Virus record (IMG/VR): IMGVR_UViG_3300031693_000204
Source: an uncultured virus (IMG/VR IMGVR_UViG_3300031693_000204)
Lineage: Duplodnaviria; Heunggongvirae; Uroviricota; Caudoviricetes
Reading direction: 5' to 3' (one strand)
Length of the DNA: 64,000 bases
Positions 1 through 9,827 of the stretch are shown here, piece after piece; the stretch's first letter is position 1, and each line of letters begins with the position of its first letter. Position numbers and translations under genes: made by a program. The notes under the pieces are model-generated. The model had not been told where the DNA came from. It did no database searches and worked only from the letters and a program-made list of their open reading frames with translations.

Positions 1-292
1 TATTCTTAAAGAATTTGAAGATGATTATTTTGATTGGGTTTATCTTGATGCTTGTCATTGGTATGAAGAAGTGAAGAGAGACCTTATTATGCTGTTGCGA
101 AAAGTGAAGCCTCAAGGATGGATATGTGGTCATGACTATCAAATAGAGCCGGGACATCAAGGCTCAGGTGTCATGAGGGCTGTTAATGAAATAATCAATG
201 ACGGATCTGCAAAAATGGTTTATATTGATCGTGAAAGGTGGGTAAGTTACGGACTGAAAAAATCCAATTACCCTATTATAAGATATGTTTAA
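1..292 (+). CDS. 3' part of class I SAM methyltransferase (Methyltransf_24-like), truncated by window edge
   Basis: Open frame from window start reads FDWVYLDACHWYEEVKRDL...VKPQGWICGHDY, typical Methyltransf_24 motifs. Confidence 0.65.
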   Translation, partial: ILKEFEDDYFDWVYLDACHWYEEVKRDLIMLLRKVKPQGWICGHDYQIEPGHQGSGVMRAVNEIINDGSAKMVYIDRERWVSYGLKKSNYPIIRYV

Positions 293-1364
293 GATAGAAT
301 CCAATTTTGAAAGAGACATAGATTATCAAGATTCCTTTTGTAGCCTCCCATTCAATAAGTTAATTCTTAATAGTGATGGCAATGTCTCTATGTGTTGTCA
401 CCAACAAACACAGTTGGGGAGCTTGAGAGAAAACACCATTCTTGAAATTTGGGACAATCATTTAGCTAAAGAAATTCGTGAAGAGACGAAAAAAGGCAAC
501 TTGCATTGCGTGTGCTCTGAATCAAATAGTTGTCCTTATATCTTCAGAGACAAAATTGTTGGGCCAGTGGCCATCTGTAAAAATAATGCTTACCCTTCAT
601 ATCTTGAAATTTGCCTGCCAGATAAGCACTGTAATATCGGTGGAGAAATCCCAACCGCCAGCAATCCAGCTTGCATAATGTGCAAGAGGAACTTTCAGAC
701 TCCTAATCAAGAAGACTTGACAGAGATGTTATGCGAGAAGGCAAGACCCATAATGCCATTCTTGAAGTTTTTGTGTGTACTCGGAATAGCAGAACCGTTT
801 TGGAAGGATGCTGTTTTCAAAGTCTATGAGAAGGTGGAGTTTCATAGATACAGGCACCACATTCAATTCACCACGAATACAAATGGCACATGCTTGAATG
901 AGAGGATCGCCAAAAGGTTCTTTGATGAAACAACCTACTCTAATCTCTCTTGGTCTCTCGACTCTGCAACTCCAGAAACGCATATCAAAATCAGAAGACT
1001 CGATGCTTTTGATCTTGTGATCAAAAATTTGAAGAGATGGCTTGAGATGAGAGAGGATTATGGCGGCAAAGAATGTCATCATGTTTCAATCTACAACAAC
1101 ATTAACATCATTAACATTCATGAGATGACTCAAATGGTAGAGATGGCAGTTGACATAGGAGTCGATTCAATGGTGATGCTCCCCACATATGAGCAAGATG
1201 GGATCGTTCAGTTGGGAGAAATGGTTTTGTGTGACAAAAATGTTGGAATGTTTACAGAGGCTTCTGAAAATGCCATGGCACGAGCGGATGAACTGGGCAT
1301 GAATTTGTTATATCAAAATCGTTTTGATAAAGTTCCGAAAAATCAGTTGATTCAAATAACTTGA
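285..1364 (+). CDS. Radical SAM / SPASM-domain protein
   Basis: N-terminal CSLPF...DGNVSMCC SPASM-like motif, CN...CIMC cluster motif, TNTNG and SLDS radical SAM motifs. Confidence 0.75.
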   Translation: MFKIESNFERDIDYQDSFCSLPFNKLILNSDGNVSMCCHQQTQLGSLRENTILEIWDNHLAKEIREETKKGNLHCVCSESNSCPYIFRDKIVGPVAICKNNAYPSYLEICLPDKHCNIGGEIPTASNPACIMCKRNFQTPNQEDLTEMLCEKARPIMPFLKFLCVLGIAEPFWKDAVFKVYEKVEFHRYRHHIQFTTNTNGTCLNERIAKRFFDETTYSNLSWSLDSATPETHIKIRRLDAFDLVIKNLKRWLEMREDYGGKECHHVSIYNNINIINIHEMTQMVEMAVDIGVDSMVMLPTYEQDGIVQLGEMVLCDKNVGMFTEASENAMARADELGMNLLYQNRFDKVPKNQLIQIT

Positions 1365-1367
1365 TTA

Positions 1368-1396
1368 TTGACGAACGGTTTTAGGTTTGCTAAAAT
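1368..1396 (+). promoter_or_regulatory. sigma70-like promoter
   Basis: TTGACG-N17-TAAAAT upstream of AGGAG RBS and ATG 1440. Confidence 0.6.
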
Positions 1397-1439
1397 CGAG
1401 CCGGGCCTAGATTGTTCGTCATTTTTGAAGGAGAACACA

Positions 1440-2054
1440 ATGGAGTTTGACGAGAAAGAACAAAAGAAAATTCATCGAGCAGTCAAATTTGTTACCAAAG
1501 CACACGATGGGCAGTTTAGAAAAGAAAGTTTTCTGCCATATATTGTTCACCCGATGGCTGTATTGTCGATGATTGCAGAGTGGGAGATTCAAGATCCCAC
1601 AACAAGACTTGCCGCTCTTTCACATGACGTGATCGAAGATTGTGATGTCACACAAGAGCAACTGGCAAAAGTGATTGGAGTAAAGGCGTCGGAAGTTGTC
1701 AGAGAATTGTCATTCTTTCCTAACTCTCTCTCCGAGATTCCTGCAAATATTCAGAAGCAGGACTACATGCGATCCTTTAGAGAGAGCAGCGTGGATGCTT
1801 TGGTCGTTAAAGTGGCCGACCGATGCTGCAACACTTATGATTTTGCCGTCGCTGGAAACAAATACGCCAAAAAGTATTGGCGTAAAGCAAGTGATTTGTT
1901 TAGCGCCATGAGTTCTCGCCGAGATGAGATCGTGACACATTTTGGTGGGCCAGAGAAAATTGATGGCCGAAAGAACCCTCAACGTGAGTTGGGAGAAGTC
2001 ATCTTCACCAAAATGAGATACACCAGAACTTGCATCGACGGCATGGTCCAATAA
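1440..2054 (+). CDS. HD-domain (p)ppGpp hydrolase, small alarmone hydrolase/Mesh1-like
   Basis: AHDGQFRK, PYIVHP, HDVIED, VKVADR..N motifs of the RelA/SpoT HD domain. Confidence 0.8.
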   Translation: MEFDEKEQKKIHRAVKFVTKAHDGQFRKESFLPYIVHPMAVLSMIAEWEIQDPTTRLAALSHDVIEDCDVTQEQLAKVIGVKASEVVRELSFFPNSLSEIPANIQKQDYMRSFRESSVDALVVKVADRCCNTYDFAVAGNKYAKKYWRKASDLFSAMSSRRDEIVTHFGGPEKIDGRKNPQRELGEVIFTKMRYTRTCIDGMVQ

Positions 2055-2071
2055 ATTTTTGGACAAAAACA

Positions 2072-2100
2072 TTGACGGCATGATCAATGTTTTTTAAGAT
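2072..2100 (+). promoter_or_regulatory. sigma70-like promoter upstream of tRNA
   Basis: TTGACG-N17-TAAGAT. Confidence 0.5.
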
Positions 2101-2251
2101 GGAGTTGGCGTGCATCGTTTTGGATTAGGTGAGTTCGATTTGGATAAGATTCCTATATGGTCGGATTCGGAAGTCGCTGGAAACCATGATGAGTTTTGAC
2201 CCGGCTGACAGATGTTGAAGAACTTTATAAGACTAAATGGAAGGAAATTTT

Positions 2252-2568
2252 GGGCCGGTAGCTCAGTTGGTTAGAGCAGTAAACTTAATGTGAAGAGACC
2301 TAAACAATCAAGGTTGCATGGTTTCTTCGTTTGGGTTGCCATTACTTTCAGAGATGAGGGTTTTGGTAGAATTCGTCAAAGTCGGGGAAGGCTAAGTCAC
2401 AGTGATATGCTAATCCCGAGCCAAGCCTCGTAAGAGGAAGGTGTAGAGACTGTACGGCGAACACGTAAAGTGAAGAGACAGTCCAGACCACAAACTCGAA
2501 AGGGGCGGTTAAAGCCGTAGTTGGTACGCATAATTTATTGGTCGCAGGTTCGAGTCCTGCCCGGCCTA
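2252..2568 (+). tRNA. tRNA(CAU), Ile2 or elongator Met, interrupted by a group I intron (exons 2252-2285 and 2529-2568)
   Basis: Joined exons give acceptor GGGCCGG/CCGGCCT-A, D-arm GCTC/GAGC, anticodon arm GTAAA-CT-CAT-AA-TTTAT, T-arm GCAGG-TTCGAGT-CCTGC. Confidence 0.85.
2286..2528 (+). ncRNA. Group I self-splicing intron (243 nt, no ORF)
   Basis: Inserted after U33, ends in G; core-like elements AAGTCGGGGAA (P), AATCCCGAGCC (Q), GTAGAGACTGTACGG (R), AAGAGACAGTCC (S). Confidence 0.85.
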
Positions 2569-2719
2569 CTTTAAGGAGAAACTCATGTGGCATTTGTCAG
2601 ACGCAATTCAGATGATGCTTTGAAAGAAGCTGATCGGGTCAAGGAACAGAGAAAGAAGACGACAACGACTGAGGACAAAAAGAAGTAACAGGAATTAACC
2701 ATGGAAGGAAATAAGCGAG

Positions 2720-2911
2720 ATGGATCTCGAACCAAAGACACAAGCCCGTATTGTAAAACTTTTCGAACACAAAATTTGTTCTTCATGTGGAAACCAAGCA
2801 GAGAGGTATGTTGAAGGCAAGACATTTTGTCAGAGGTGTTTTTTGGTCAATAGGATTAGAGACCAAGATGTTTTTGTTCCAAAAGTGTTTCATGATCCAA
2901 AAGTGTTGTAG
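2720..2911 (+). CDS. Small Zn-finger protein
   Basis: CSSC...CQRC pairs. Confidence 0.45.
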   Translation: MDLEPKTQARIVKLFEHKICSSCGNQAERYVEGKTFCQRCFLVNRIRDQDVFVPKVFHDPKVL

Positions 2912-3027
2912 CTGTCCCGCCTTGTTACTAACATTCACTTAGTCCCGCCCCAATCCCCCTATCTCTCATCCTCGGCCTAACTAACGAATTCTGTCAGTAA
3001 TTCGTAGGCTTTTTAGTATCCATCTTA

Positions 3028-3056
3028 TTGACAATTTATGGATAAGTTTGTAGGAT
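3028..3056 (+). promoter_or_regulatory. sigma70-like promoter
   Basis: TTGACA-N17-TAGGAT. Confidence 0.55.
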
Positions 3057-3652
3057 ATGAAATGAGTGAGGCGTGGAATTTTGAACCAAGAATGAGTCTT
3101 TTGTCAGTATTAACAGAAAATTCTCAAGCTTATCAAAAGAAAGTGAAAAACATGAACTATCCATACAACATAAATAAAGAGAACACTGCGAACGCCATTG
3201 GACAGGCAATTCGTCATGCTAAACGTGTTGTGGTTAGGGATCACATAAAAGCGGATCGTATGGAGCGAGTGAATCAGTTTGTCGTTTCATTGAGAACCAA
3301 GTTGTTAAGTAATGTCGATAAAATTACTTATGCTTCTGACCTTGTAGGCGATATTTGTGATAAAGTATTGTGGCATGATATTGGCGAACTTGGTCCTAGT
3401 GCGTCCAGAAGTCATTATCGAGTCTTTCAGGCTACTCACAGCAAGATGTCAATTACAGAAATTCAAAGGTTGTTGGACATGGCAAAGAGAATGTCTCATC
3501 AAGCGGATGCTCAATCAGAAGAGATCCTCGGAGACTTGGAGGAGCTTGAACGAGGATTGCATGGTTTGCAGGTGTTAAACGATGACGCCGACCGCATCAA
3601 TGCGGAAGGAGAAAAACTTGTGGAAGACTTGTGTATAGTATTCAGTGAATAG
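3038..3652 (+). CDS. Hypothetical protein (true start probably downstream)
   Basis: 204 aa ORF in gene-dense + strand context. Confidence 0.55.
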   Translation: MDKFVGYEMSEAWNFEPRMSLLSVLTENSQAYQKKVKNMNYPYNINKENTANAIGQAIRHAKRVVVRDHIKADRMERVNQFVVSLRTKLLSNVDKITYASDLVGDICDKVLWHDIGELGPSASRSHYRVFQATHSKMSITEIQRLLDMAKRMSHQADAQSEEILGDLEELERGLHGLQVLNDDADRINAEGEKLVEDLCIVFSE

Positions 3653-3666
3653 TTACTTCAGGGAGG

Positions 3667-3990
3667 ATGTCTCAAATGGCAGACGCTTCGAGAAATGAGG
3701 GGCGGCTCGACAAAATGTTCGAACCGCATGAACAAAAGCTTGATGTTCTTAAAGAGGCTTTGAAAGAAGTCTCTGAGGAGAGAGCCGGAAAGCGAAAGGA
3801 TGCAGCTAAAGAACTCATCCGTAAGGCTCTTGACTTGAAGGAGCAGAAGGATAAAGCCAAATCAGAGTTTCTTTCCAAAGACAGAAAATGGGAAAAGGAG
3901 CTTGGCAAGGTCATGGGTCGCTTGGAGAACATGGCTCAAGGTAAACCACTTAACGACGGCGTAGAGGACGACGACGAATCAGAAGAGTGA
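3667..3990 (+). CDS. Hypothetical coiled-coil protein
   Basis: GGGAGG RBS, charged helical sequence. Confidence 0.65.
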   Translation: MSQMADASRNEGRLDKMFEPHEQKLDVLKEALKEVSEERAGKRKDAAKELIRKALDLKEQKDKAKSEFLSKDRKWEKELGKVMGRLENMAQGKPLNDGVEDDDESEE

Positions 3991-4006
3991 GTGATGTAGT
4001 GATCCG

Positions 4007-4038
4007 AAAATAGCCCAGCAAAGTGCTGGGCTATTTTT
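4007..4038. terminator. Intrinsic terminator, possibly bidirectional
   Basis: AAAATAGCCCAGCA-aag-TGCTGGGCTATTTTT. Confidence 0.75.
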
Positions 4039-4050
4039 GTATATACTTGT

Positions 4051-4782
4051 ATGAAAAAGAAAGCCTTGCTGATATTGTGTGTTGTTGCTGTTGCTTCATT
4101 TGTCTTGTATGGATTCTTCAAGCCTTATCCACATCCTGTTGCATATGAGATCAAGGACTTTAAGTTCTTAGAGCAGCCAGACCAAATCACATGTGGTCCT
4201 ACCAGTGCCGCCATGCTTCTTTCAAGCTATGGAAAAGATGTGTCATTGGACGATGTGAAGTCTAAGACCAAAACTCAATGGTTCAAATGGGATGGAGAGT
4301 CAATTGGAATGACCTCTCCCGATATGATCGCTGTAGCTCTGAGTCATTTTGGAGTTAAGTCTAAGATGAGAAGAGGTGATCTTGATCAGATAAAGCATTA
4401 TGTGAGTCTTGGCAGGCCACCTGTTGTCCTCGTGAGAAGCGGAACTGTGTATTGGCATTATGTTGTGGTCATTGGATATAATGAAACGGAGATCATTGTT
4501 GCAGACCCCGGCTCTGGCAAAAGAGAGGTAATGCCAGTTGATCATTTCCTTGGATCATGGTCATTCAAGACTGATATGAATGGTAAAGACATGACCATTA
4601 TATGTGACACATGTAATGGGACTGGACGATGGATGGACTTTGATTTAGGCCCATTAAGCAGGTGTGAGGTTTGTGATGGTTCGGGCCGCAGTCCAGACAT
4701 GCTAGTTTTTCTTCTGAGGGTGGGAGAAGTTTATCCAAACACTATGATCGTGCCGAGCATAAATACTTCTAATCACTTGTAA
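4051..4782 (+). CDS. Peptidase C39-like protein with N-terminal anchor and CxxCxGxG Zn motif
   Basis: QPDQITCGPTS (catalytic Cys), HYVVVIGY, ADP; CDTCNGTG/CEVCDGSG. Confidence 0.75.
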   Translation: MKKKALLILCVVAVASFVLYGFFKPYPHPVAYEIKDFKFLEQPDQITCGPTSAAMLLSSYGKDVSLDDVKSKTKTQWFKWDGESIGMTSPDMIAVALSHFGVKSKMRRGDLDQIKHYVSLGRPPVVLVRSGTVYWHYVVVIGYNETEIIVADPGSGKREVMPVDHFLGSWSFKTDMNGKDMTIICDTCNGTGRWMDFDLGPLSRCEVCDGSGRSPDMLVFLLRVGEVYPNTMIVPSINTSNHL

Positions 4783-4796
4783 CACTGGAGGTGTTT

Positions 4797-5087
4797 ATGT
4801 TTTATATTTTAGGTTGGGTTATTTTTGGTTTGGTTGTTGGCTTAATTTCCAAATTTTTGCATCCGGGTGAAGACCCTGTAGGATTTCTTCCAACAGTTGG
4901 TATCGGAATAGCTGGATCTTTTGTTGGTGGCGCAGTACAATGGCTTATAAACTTTGGAAGTGGCGGATTTGGTAATGCTGGCTGGCTTTTTAGCATAGTT
5001 GGTGGCGTTGTATTTTGCTGGATTTATCGCAAATACCGTCTTAACAGATTCTTCAAAGCCCAAGGTAGAATGCCTACTAAGAAGTAA
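4797..5087 (+). CDS. GlsB/YeaQ/YmgE family membrane protein
   Basis: LGWVIFGLVVGLISKFLHPG...GIAGSFVGG. Confidence 0.8.
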   Translation: MFYILGWVIFGLVVGLISKFLHPGEDPVGFLPTVGIGIAGSFVGGAVQWLINFGSGGFGNAGWLFSIVGGVVFCWIYRKYRLNRFFKAQGRMPTKK

Positions 5088-5144
5088 TCTGCTATCAATC
5101 ATTACATAAAGAAAGGAGTCAATAAAAACAAAGGAGGGATTCTG

Positions 5145-5615
5145 ATGAAACTTAAAGATACGATAATTTACCCAAAGGAAGGAACAGTAATTTGTCTTCA
5201 TGTGTTTGTTCCATCAATGAAACACAGGATTAGATTCCCAGAGAGTCTGCTTCCAACGGTGTGTGTAAGATATTCCAGCAGTAATTTTGATGGAATGAAG
5301 GTTTATGAAAAGGTGGAGATGTTAGGTCAGTCTTCTCTTGAGATGTTAGACGCTCCGTTGTCTGGTACAAGTGGCATGGCACAAGTTGTTATGTTGACAA
5401 GCGACCCAATAAAAGTGTGGAGTTATTTGGAAAACCCACCACATATTGACACAACTACATCGGATAGTCTAAAACATGTCTTGCAAGAAGTTCTTGCTCG
5501 GTATGATGTTAGTCAAGCTAACCAGAGCAGACGCATCATGTTTGATAGAAAAGCCGCCATCGATAGAACCAAAAACAAAACTATCGAAAGGCCACTGAAA
5601 GCGAAAAGAAAGTAA
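5145..5615 (+). CDS. Hypothetical protein
   Basis: GGAGG RBS, 156 aa ORF. Confidence 0.55.
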   Translation: MKLKDTIIYPKEGTVICLHVFVPSMKHRIRFPESLLPTVCVRYSSSNFDGMKVYEKVEMLGQSSLEMLDAPLSGTSGMAQVVMLTSDPIKVWSYLENPPHIDTTTSDSLKHVLQEVLARYDVSQANQSRRIMFDRKAAIDRTKNKTIERPLKAKRK

Positions 5616-5619
5616 TGTT

Positions 5620-6282
5620 ATGGATCGCATCAAATACCCACGAACAATGAATCTTCCGTGGAGCGGGAGTGACTCATCTGATGATGTTTGGTGGAAAGAC
5701 ACAAATCTGTTCCAAGGCAAAGAAGTGGTTGTCACGGAGAAGATGGACGGCGAATGTACATCCATTTATCCTGACTCCCATATTCATGCTCGCTCTATTG
5801 ACACTCGACATCATCCTTCACGTTCTCATGTGAAGGCGTTGGCCGCAGAGATTTCTTATAAGATGAATCCCAATCATCGTATCTGCGGAGAAAATGTCAC
5901 AGCTTTTCACTCCATCTATTACACGGAGCTTCCATCCTATTTTCTTGCATTTGGTCTTTACGATAGTGACATGTGCCTGTCGTGGGATGAGTTTGAAGAT
6001 GTTTGCGATGTTTTGGGTGTAAAAACTGTTCCTGTCATTTACCGTGGAATGTGGGACGAACAAAAGATCAAAGATATGTGGACTGGCGAGAGTGCCTTTC
6101 CTGTTTTTGATTCACCTTCTGGTCTTACTTGTAACGGAGAAGGATACGTTGTCAGAAATGTCGAGGCTTTCCCGCACGCTGAGTTTCGCAATAACTGTGC
6201 GAAATACGTCCGTCCTCACCACGTTCAAACTTCTCAGAATTGGTTGACGAAGCCAATGGTGCCAAATCTTCTCAAATCTTGA
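5620..6282 (+). CDS. RNA ligase family nucleotidyltransferase
   Basis: KYPRT.NLPWS, TEKMDGE (motif I KxDG), EGYVVR, AKYVR. Confidence 0.8.
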   Translation: MDRIKYPRTMNLPWSGSDSSDDVWWKDTNLFQGKEVVVTEKMDGECTSIYPDSHIHARSIDTRHHPSRSHVKALAAEISYKMNPNHRICGENVTAFHSIYYTELPSYFLAFGLYDSDMCLSWDEFEDVCDVLGVKTVPVIYRGMWDEQKIKDMWTGESAFPVFDSPSGLTCNGEGYVVRNVEAFPHAEFRNNCAKYVRPHHVQTSQNWLTKPMVPNLLKS

Positions 6283-6291
6283 GTCCTCAAC

Positions 6292-6320
6292 TTTACAACA
6301 CAAAATTTGTAACGTAGAAT
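6292..6320 (+). promoter_or_regulatory. sigma70-like promoter
   Basis: TTTACA-N17-TAGAAT; same design as 8943 and 12173. Confidence 0.6.
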
Positions 6321-6359
6321 GGATTGAGTAAATCATGGATGAACTCATAAGGAGATGAC

Positions 6360-7106
6360 ATGGACATGTTACGAATTGAAGCTGGTGAAATTATAGTTGA
6401 GAAATTCCCAGCAAGAGCAGGCGGCGAATTGGCTTTATATCTGATGGAAGAAACAGATTGGGTGCCGGGAACGCCAACTGAAATAAACTTGAAAGAAATC
6501 GATACAGGAATTCTGATATCTTCTTTCTTCTCCACATTTATGAAGTGGTTGCACAAAGAAGACCCGATGCTGAATCTAGCTCAGGCAGCGGCTACTGAGA
6601 TAAAGTGGATCACAAAATTTCCCTTCCAACAAGAAAACATTCAGAGATGGCTTGAGTCATTTGCAGGAATTCAAATGACGGAAGAAAGAAAATCCCGGCC
6701 CAGACTCCAGTGCGGATCTTGGATTTCTGGCCATCGGTACTGCGATCAGCGTGGCGACACCATTACGATGCCAGTGGAATACACTGATGTCAGCAAGTTG
6801 AGGGAGATGTATCCCGAGAAGCCTTATGACTTGGCACGTCTCGGCTACCCTGATACTAATGGGATAGTTGAAGTGATTTCATATCCTTCGCCGCCAAGTA
6901 AAGATGACATGGAAGAGTGGGCACGTCTTTCTTCCACTCGAAATGAAATTCCCTTCCCTCAAGCGACAATTCTTGTTCGCACAACTCCGTGTGATCCAAC
7001 AACTGTCAGAGAAGTTCCTTGTTTTCTTGTAGATCGTGTTCCTCATGAAGATGACAATGGACTTGTGACTTCACAGTCTGTTGATATTTTACGAGAGCAA
7101 CCCTAA
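6360..7106 (+). CDS. Hypothetical protein
   Basis: AGGAG RBS, 248 aa ORF. Confidence 0.6.
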   Translation: MDMLRIEAGEIIVEKFPARAGGELALYLMEETDWVPGTPTEINLKEIDTGILISSFFSTFMKWLHKEDPMLNLAQAAATEIKWITKFPFQQENIQRWLESFAGIQMTEERKSRPRLQCGSWISGHRYCDQRGDTITMPVEYTDVSKLREMYPEKPYDLARLGYPDTNGIVEVISYPSPPSKDDMEEWARLSSTRNEIPFPQATILVRTTPCDPTTVREVPCFLVDRVPHEDDNGLVTSQSVDILREQP

Positions 7107-7184
7107 AGTTTCACAAAACTTTCATCGAACATAAGAGAGCTAACCGGACACCGGGAAGCATAACAAACATACTAAGGAGCTACC

Positions 7185-8921
7185 ATGTCAGTGAAACTTA
7201 CGAAGAGTACGCTTCCTAGCGGCCATAGCCGTGAGGATTTTGAAGGCACAGGGCCAGTTGTCACCAAAAACACAGAATGGGGTGACGGATGTTTGTGTGA
7301 CCTCGGATGTTTCAAAGCAGATGAAGGAACGGACTCAAACAAATACTACCACCTTGCCGTGGTCAAGTCGAAGATCAATGGTAAGTGGTTTTCGTACTAT
7401 GAATGGGGTCGAACTAAGCCCGATGGTCGTCCTTCAAGTCCTCAGTTCCAGTTCTTTGATTGCTCAAGCAAGGAAGATGCTCAAGCTACTTGCCAGAAGC
7501 AGTTCAAGGGCAAGAATATCAGTCGTGGAACTTGGGAAGAGGTTGCTGGCAAACAGCGATTCGTTCCTAAGACCAAGAAGGATGGAAGCACTGCCGATCT
7601 TTATGTTGTGCGTGCTTTGGCAACTCGTCTTGTTGGCTTGCCTTGTTGTGAGACAATAGCTAACTCTGATGCTCAAGGATCATCATCGACGGCGACGGCG
7701 AAACCTGCCAAGAAAGCCAAAAAGAAAACCAAGATCAATATTGATCGTCAAACTCGTAGTCTGTTTAATGATCTACTTGGCGGCGTCCAGACATACACTC
7801 AGAGCTTCCTTGGCTCAAAGGGTGGACCTATCACGTTGCCATCGCAAAGTGCGATTGATGATTCCAGAGACATTTTGAATGATGCTCTGAGTCGTGTCGG
7901 TACAATTGAATCTGGAATGAAGAAAAGTTCTACCGATCAACTCATTGCCGCTCAGGTCAAAGACGGCGACTTGATGAAGCTCACCAAACTCATGTATGGT
8001 GTGATTCCCAAGGCGACAAGGAATCCTGAACCAGAAGATTATATCCTCAATCGAGGTAACATTCTTACATGGCAGAATGACGTGGATGTGTTGGAGCAAG
8101 CTCTTCATGGTGCTGATATGAGCACAGATGAGGAAGACGACGACACAACAAATCCGCTTCAAGGAATTCCTGCGGAAATCAATTACATCCCGCCATCTGA
8201 TCCACTTTACGAATGGTTGGTTGGCGGCATGAACGGAAGTCAGCATACTGGCTGGTGGCCGAATGCAAGTCGATTCCGCTCTGGAACTGGAAGCAGCAAG
8301 TTGAAGATTCATGGATTGTGGTCTGTGGATCGTGCTGGTGACAGAGCCAGATTCAGAACGGCTCAAGAAAAGGTGTTGGGCGAAATGCCTGCAAAGTGGA
8401 ACAACGAGCGTCCAATTTTTGCAAAGGAGAAGAGTCGGCCTGATTTGAACGCCAATGAAAAGAAGTTGTTCCACAACACGAATACATCTTTGATGTTCCA
8501 TGGAACACGATCTGTCAACGTGCCGGGTATCTGTCGGGAGAATCTTCGTTTCCCACAAGAACTTACTGGCGTTGTCATCAATGGTGCGATGTTTGGGCCG
8601 GGTTGTTACTTTGCAGATGACTGGTCCAAGTCTGCTGGCTATTGCTCCAATCCGAATCCTCGAAGCCGAAGCTACTACGGTGGCGGCGGTGAGGTTCAGA
8701 AGCGTCACGCTTTCATGTTTGGGTTTGATGTCTGCTTAGGCAACCCACATGTCGCTGATGGCTCTAAGGGTTATCGTGGATCGCCAACAGGAACACATTG
8801 TGTGTTCGGCAAGCACGGCAAAACTAAGAGTTGGGGAAGCAGCACGCTTGCTAACAACGAGTGGATCATCTACGTTAAAGGTCATTGCGAAATGCGATAC
8901 CTTGCTGAAATCGAGTGGTAA
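7185..8921 (+). CDS. PARP-like ADP-ribosyltransferase with WGR domain
   Basis: NKYYHL...EWGR (WGR domain); MFHGTR, GAMFGPGCYFAD, KSAGY, NEWIIY (H-Y-E triad). Confidence 0.85.
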   Translation: MSVKLTKSTLPSGHSREDFEGTGPVVTKNTEWGDGCLCDLGCFKADEGTDSNKYYHLAVVKSKINGKWFSYYEWGRTKPDGRPSSPQFQFFDCSSKEDAQATCQKQFKGKNISRGTWEEVAGKQRFVPKTKKDGSTADLYVVRALATRLVGLPCCETIANSDAQGSSSTATAKPAKKAKKKTKINIDRQTRSLFNDLLGGVQTYTQSFLGSKGGPITLPSQSAIDDSRDILNDALSRVGTIESGMKKSSTDQLIAAQVKDGDLMKLTKLMYGVIPKATRNPEPEDYILNRGNILTWQNDVDVLEQALHGADMSTDEEDDDTTNPLQGIPAEINYIPPSDPLYEWLVGGMNGSQHTGWWPNASRFRSGTGSSKLKIHGLWSVDRAGDRARFRTAQEKVLGEMPAKWNNERPIFAKEKSRPDLNANEKKLFHNTNTSLMFHGTRSVNVPGICRENLRFPQELTGVVINGAMFGPGCYFADDWSKSAGYCSNPNPRSRSYYGGGGEVQKRHAFMFGFDVCLGNPHVADGSKGYRGSPTGTHCVFGKHGKTKSWGSSTLANNEWIIYVKGHCEMRYLAEIEW

Positions 8922-8942
8922 AATATGTCATACGTCTTCAAC

Positions 8943-8971
8943 TTTACGTTGCTTCAAAAAAAACGTAGAAT
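8943..8971 (+). promoter_or_regulatory. sigma70-like promoter
   Basis: TTTACG-N17-TAGAAT. Confidence 0.55.
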
Positions 8972-9033
8972 GAGTTAAGAGTTGGAAAGCATTTGGCGAT
9001 AACAGAGTAAACCTCAAACCAAGGAGAAGACCC

Positions 9034-9777
9034 ATGTGTCAAGATCAACAAATTTTGGACGCTCTTGAAGAGACCGTCAAAACTTTCCTCGATGAAGGAA
9101 CAATGTTCACCGGATATGATGTCACGCTTGCGACTCGTGAACGGCTCGGAATTAAGCTTCGACATCACTCAGTCAACAGCGATATTCACGATATCCGTGC
9201 GTTGACAGATGCCGTTGAGTTCGGCTACACCAATCCTGCCGGAAATGATCAGGACTGGGGCAGATGTCAGCAAGACATGCCCGGTGGTGGAGGAAAATGG
9301 GCGTTCGTGTATCACCCAATGAATCTCGATCCCAACAGCTTCATTCCTCGTGGTGCCACCAAGCCACAGGCTCAACAGGCTCAGGCTACTCAACAGCCTG
9401 CCTCGACGCCAACGGCTTCCATCACTCAACAGCCTTCGGACTCTGGCGGCAAAAACGACGATGATTCGTTCAGTCCTGACTACCGATTCCGATTGTTCAT
9501 TCCGACTCGCTTCTTGAAAGAAGCTGGGATGAGTGCTGGCGATACTGTTTATGTTGTTCCTGATGCTGGCAGCAACACGGTGCTGTTGGCCAAGGACACA
9601 GATCAGTTGCAGACTGGTGGATTGAAAGTGACAACTCAGACCGTTGAAAGAAATGGCGATTTGCGACTTTCTTCAAAAACGCTGAAAGCCAGCGGACTTG
9701 CCGACGATCAAAAGTTTATGATTGAAAAATCGGATCAATCAGGAACTCCTGTTGTAAAGATTGCAGTTTCAAGCTAG
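9034..9777 (+). CDS. Hypothetical protein with AbrB/SpoVT-like C-terminal repeats
   Basis: RLFIPTRFLKEAGMSAGDTV and GDLRLSSKTLKASGL resemble AbrB swapped hairpins. Confidence 0.5.
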   Translation: MCQDQQILDALEETVKTFLDEGTMFTGYDVTLATRERLGIKLRHHSVNSDIHDIRALTDAVEFGYTNPAGNDQDWGRCQQDMPGGGGKWAFVYHPMNLDPNSFIPRGATKPQAQQAQATQQPASTPTASITQQPSDSGGKNDDDSFSPDYRFRLFIPTRFLKEAGMSAGDTVYVVPDAGSNTVLLAKDTDQLQTGGLKVTTQTVERNGDLRLSSKTLKASGLADDQKFMIEKSDQSGTPVVKIAVSS

Positions 9778-9827
9778 AATGTGATGATATAAGACTTAAT
9801 CACAGTTTAGCTTAAAGGAAGCCACGG

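Noticed and set aside
2348..2593. 81-aa minus-strand ORF
   Set aside because: It is the antisense of the tRNA and intron
7141..7158. Motif as a conserved hairpin promoter (CCGG-ACA-CCGG)
   Set aside because: The stem forms only in the TAACCGG subtype; the common TAGG subtype keeps just 2 bp
7815..8708. Long antisense ORFs (also 35854-36678, 43339-43983, 60233-60844)
   Set aside because: Shadows of well-supported + strand genes, with no recognisable motifs
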